Positions 17,650 to 20,000 of a stretch of 20,000 nucleotides of DNA are shown here, piece by piece; the stretch's first letter is position 1; each line of letters starts with the position of its first letter. The stretch lies in NCBI GenBank assembly GCA_003344405.1, contig NOWV01000144.1, forward strand, positions 172,581 to 192,580. The letters are read 5' to 3'. The notes beneath the pieces were generated by a model. It was not told the origin of the DNA and made no database searches. It worked only from the letters and a program-made list of their open reading frames with translations. The DNA is from Trichoplax sp. H2 (Eukaryota). The position numbers and the translations under genes were made by a program.

Positions 17650-19560
17650 AGCATAATACGCTATACTGTACAATATACTGTATTCTAGTACGGTGCTCAT
17701 ACGTAACATGCGGACGCGTACTGTCCAGGCTGTAGTATCAAAATTTAGAAGTCGTTTTTTAATCGATGACTGTACAATTTTCTGGCTTCTATCTGTGCTA
17801 TATAATTCTAGCTGCTATACTGTACGTAGTCTATTGTACAATGTACATTATAGATTTGTAGGTTTGCTTTTACTTTTACGTCTGTGACTGCGAATAGGGA
17901 CTTGGTTGAGTACAGTCATGGACAGTTGTAGAAAGGTTTTCTTCTAGTTGTCCCTGTTATTACAGTACTGTACGACCTTGGAAAGAGTACTGGAAAGATT
18001 GCGATACTAAGCTGTACAGTACTGTACCATCAGGGACTTTTTTTACAAGTCCTTTTATTTATTAACAATTGTTTTTCTCCTTTTTGCAGTTCTGTACTCT
18101 ACTTTATATACAGCGTACAGTATTGATTTCAGAACAAAAGATGTCTAGTCATCTGCTCAGTTGCAATTTTTCATTTCTATAGTGACGTATTATTTTTCAA
18201 TGCAGCGGTTGCTGTAACGTCAGAATTTTCCTAGTGATCTGCATAAGTAGTCTCGTTATGAGAAACTTCTCCCTCCTTGCAGTAAAAGTTAGTAGATATT
18301 ACTGGATAATACTTCCAGTATAACACTAGTTTTACATTAGCAAGAGGATTACAGTACTGCCATGTGGAGCGGGCTGAACTCTACTGTACTGTACTGTACA
18401 CTGTACAGTACAGTATGTCATTGTTTTGTATGGAATACGTGAGTCAATACTCATACAAATAATACAGAGAAAGCCAGTTTATTTATAGAGAGAAAGTAGA
18501 ATGATTGGAAATCATATCAGAAGAAACACAGAGAATCAGAGAGCAGCACGACATCGATAACTCACTTGGATTAAGAGAACAGGGCCTTTTACAGCCTTTC
18601 AAAAGTCAAAGAGAGAGAAATTGCGCGTACTGTACAGTATACACAATATGTGACACACTACACTAGTACAGTATCATTTTTTTTTTGCGGTAAAATCCAT
18701 GTACTGTACACTGTACTGCATTGTACTGTACATGATACATACAGTACAGTACAGTACAGTACACTCATACAGAATAGTACAGTACTGTAGGTAAAATCAA
18801 TCAATCGAAAGGATTTTCATTACGCCATCACAGTACTATTGACTGAGTACAGTATGGCTCAGTACAATGTACTGTACACTATACACTGTAGGTAAAATCA
18901 ATCAAAAGGATTTTCATGAAGCCATCACAGTACAGTACTATTCACTGAGTACGGCTCAGTACAATGTACTGTGCACTGTAGAGTACAGTACTGTACACTG
19001 TACAGTACTGTAGGTAAAATCAATCAAAAGGATTTTCATGAAGCCATCACAGTACAGTACTATTGACTGAGAATGGCTCAGTACAATGTACTGTACTGCG
19101 CACTGTCGGTAAAATCAATCGAAAGGATTTTCATTAAGCCATCACAGTACAGTACTGTACTGTTCACTGAGTACAGTATGATTCAGTATACTGTACAGTG
19201 TACAGTACAGTACTGTAGGTAAAATCAATCCCAAAATTTTCATGAAGCCATCACAGTACTATTCACTGAGTATGGCTCAGTATAATGTACTGTACACTGT
19301 AGAGTTCAGTACTGTAGGTAAAATTAATCCCAAAATTTTCATGAAGCCATCACAGTACTATTCACTGAGTATAGCTCAGTACAATGCACTGTACACTGTA
19401 CCTAAGTTGTTTTCGGCGAAACACAATAAAAAGTCCAGTCACGTGTAGACAGTGTACATTGTACTGTACTATACAGTCCCAAAAGTAAACTTGCCTACAG
19501 TACCGTACAGTTCGCTCCCAATCATTGCGGTACAGTATATTACCGTACTGTATTATTAGT
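17650..19560. repeat. Downstream clusters of the TACTG/CAGTA motif
   Basis: For example CTACTGTACTGTACTGTACACTGTACAGTACAGTA (18381-18415) and ACAGTACAGTACAGTACAGTAC (18741-18762). Confidence 0.8.
18790..19400. repeat. Tandem array of six 95-122 bp units
   Basis: Units begin GGTAAAAT at 18790, 18891, 19013, 19108, 19218 and 19317. Consensus: GGTAAAATCAATC..AAAGGATTTTCATGAAGCCATCACAGTAC(AGTAC)TATT.ACTGAGTA..GGCTCAGTACAATGTACTGTACACTGTA. Confidence 0.93.
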
Positions 19561-19877
19561 AAGCATTATTTTCACTATTTTAGCCGCCAGTTCACCGTTC
19601 GTCAGTGCAGTCGTATTGTATTGATGCCGCGAAATCCGCCACCTGGCAATCAATCATCGATTGAAAATGTATGTATTCAAGTAGATGGAGGTTCTACAAT
19701 TTTACTAGCGCTACGATAAGTCGTTAAAATATTACTGTCCATTCTGTATGATAGTCAATATTATAATGCTGGGAGAATGAGTGGATGTTGTGACGCTTCA
19801 GCCTTTCGCTGGTAGAGATTGCAATTTGATCAACATCTCATGTAGCTCTTGATTTTAATTAATTCAAACAATAGAAA

Positions 19878-19946
19878 ATGGTGCACGATATTAAAATAAA
19901 GGAACGTTCTACGCCGACAGCACTCAAAGAACTGGACCAAAAGTTG
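19878..19946 (+). CDS. Possible first coding exon of a downstream gene
   Basis: AAAATGG start context 3 nt after a possible acceptor (aacaatAG, 19874); MVHDIKIKERSTPTALKELDQKL followed by a GTAAGT donor at 19947. No homology recognised. Confidence 0.3.
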
Positions 19947-20000
19947 GTAAGTTTTTGCCTACAGTATTGGCTAAGATTTTAAAGGATGATTTTACAGCAA

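Noticed and set aside
18490..18630. Purine-rich open stretch (LEIISEETQRIREQHDIDNSLGLREQ...)
   Set aside because: An in-frame TGA precedes it, there is no convincing start or phase-compatible neighbouring exon, and no homology is recognised.
18790..19400. CRISPR array interpretation of the tandem repeat
   Set aside because: Eukaryotic context, no cas genes, and the inter-repeat segments are related low-complexity sequence rather than unique spacers.
18790..19400. Hammerhead ribozyme interpretation (- strand GTGATGG...GAAA followed by a stem)
   Set aside because: The core would need CUGANGA; the sequence has GUGAUGG, breaking C3 and A9, and stem II is not formed.
19242..19448. ORF with duplicated MKPSQYYSLS
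   Set aside because: A by-product of two 99-bp repeat units; the other units are out of frame.

Overview
AT-rich eukaryotic (animal) genomic DNA with compact GT-AG introns. The short introns and human-like intron positions suggest an early-branching metazoan such as a placozoan (inference only). The main feature is a complete + strand CBP/p300 (CREBBP/EP300-family, KAT3) acetyltransferase gene. I traced it by hand through 30 coding exons from ATG 6684 to TAG 16701 (5811 nt, about 1936 aa, every splice phase consistent). Domain order: NLS-like N-terminus, TAZ1, KIX, bromodomain, RING/PHD, HAT with Lys-rich autoinhibitory loop, ZZ, TAZ2, long Q/P/S-rich tail. A divergent - strand gene for a secreted protein starts at 568 and runs off the left edge. 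Non-coding DNA holds a ~160-190 bp degenerate tandem repeat (1638-2480), a 264-bp MITE-like element with 50-bp inverted repeats (5009-5272), clusters of a TACTG/CAGTA self-complementary motif, and a six-copy ~100-bp hairpin-bearing tandem array (18790-19400). No prokaryotic systems, RNA genes or CRISPR arrays are supported.
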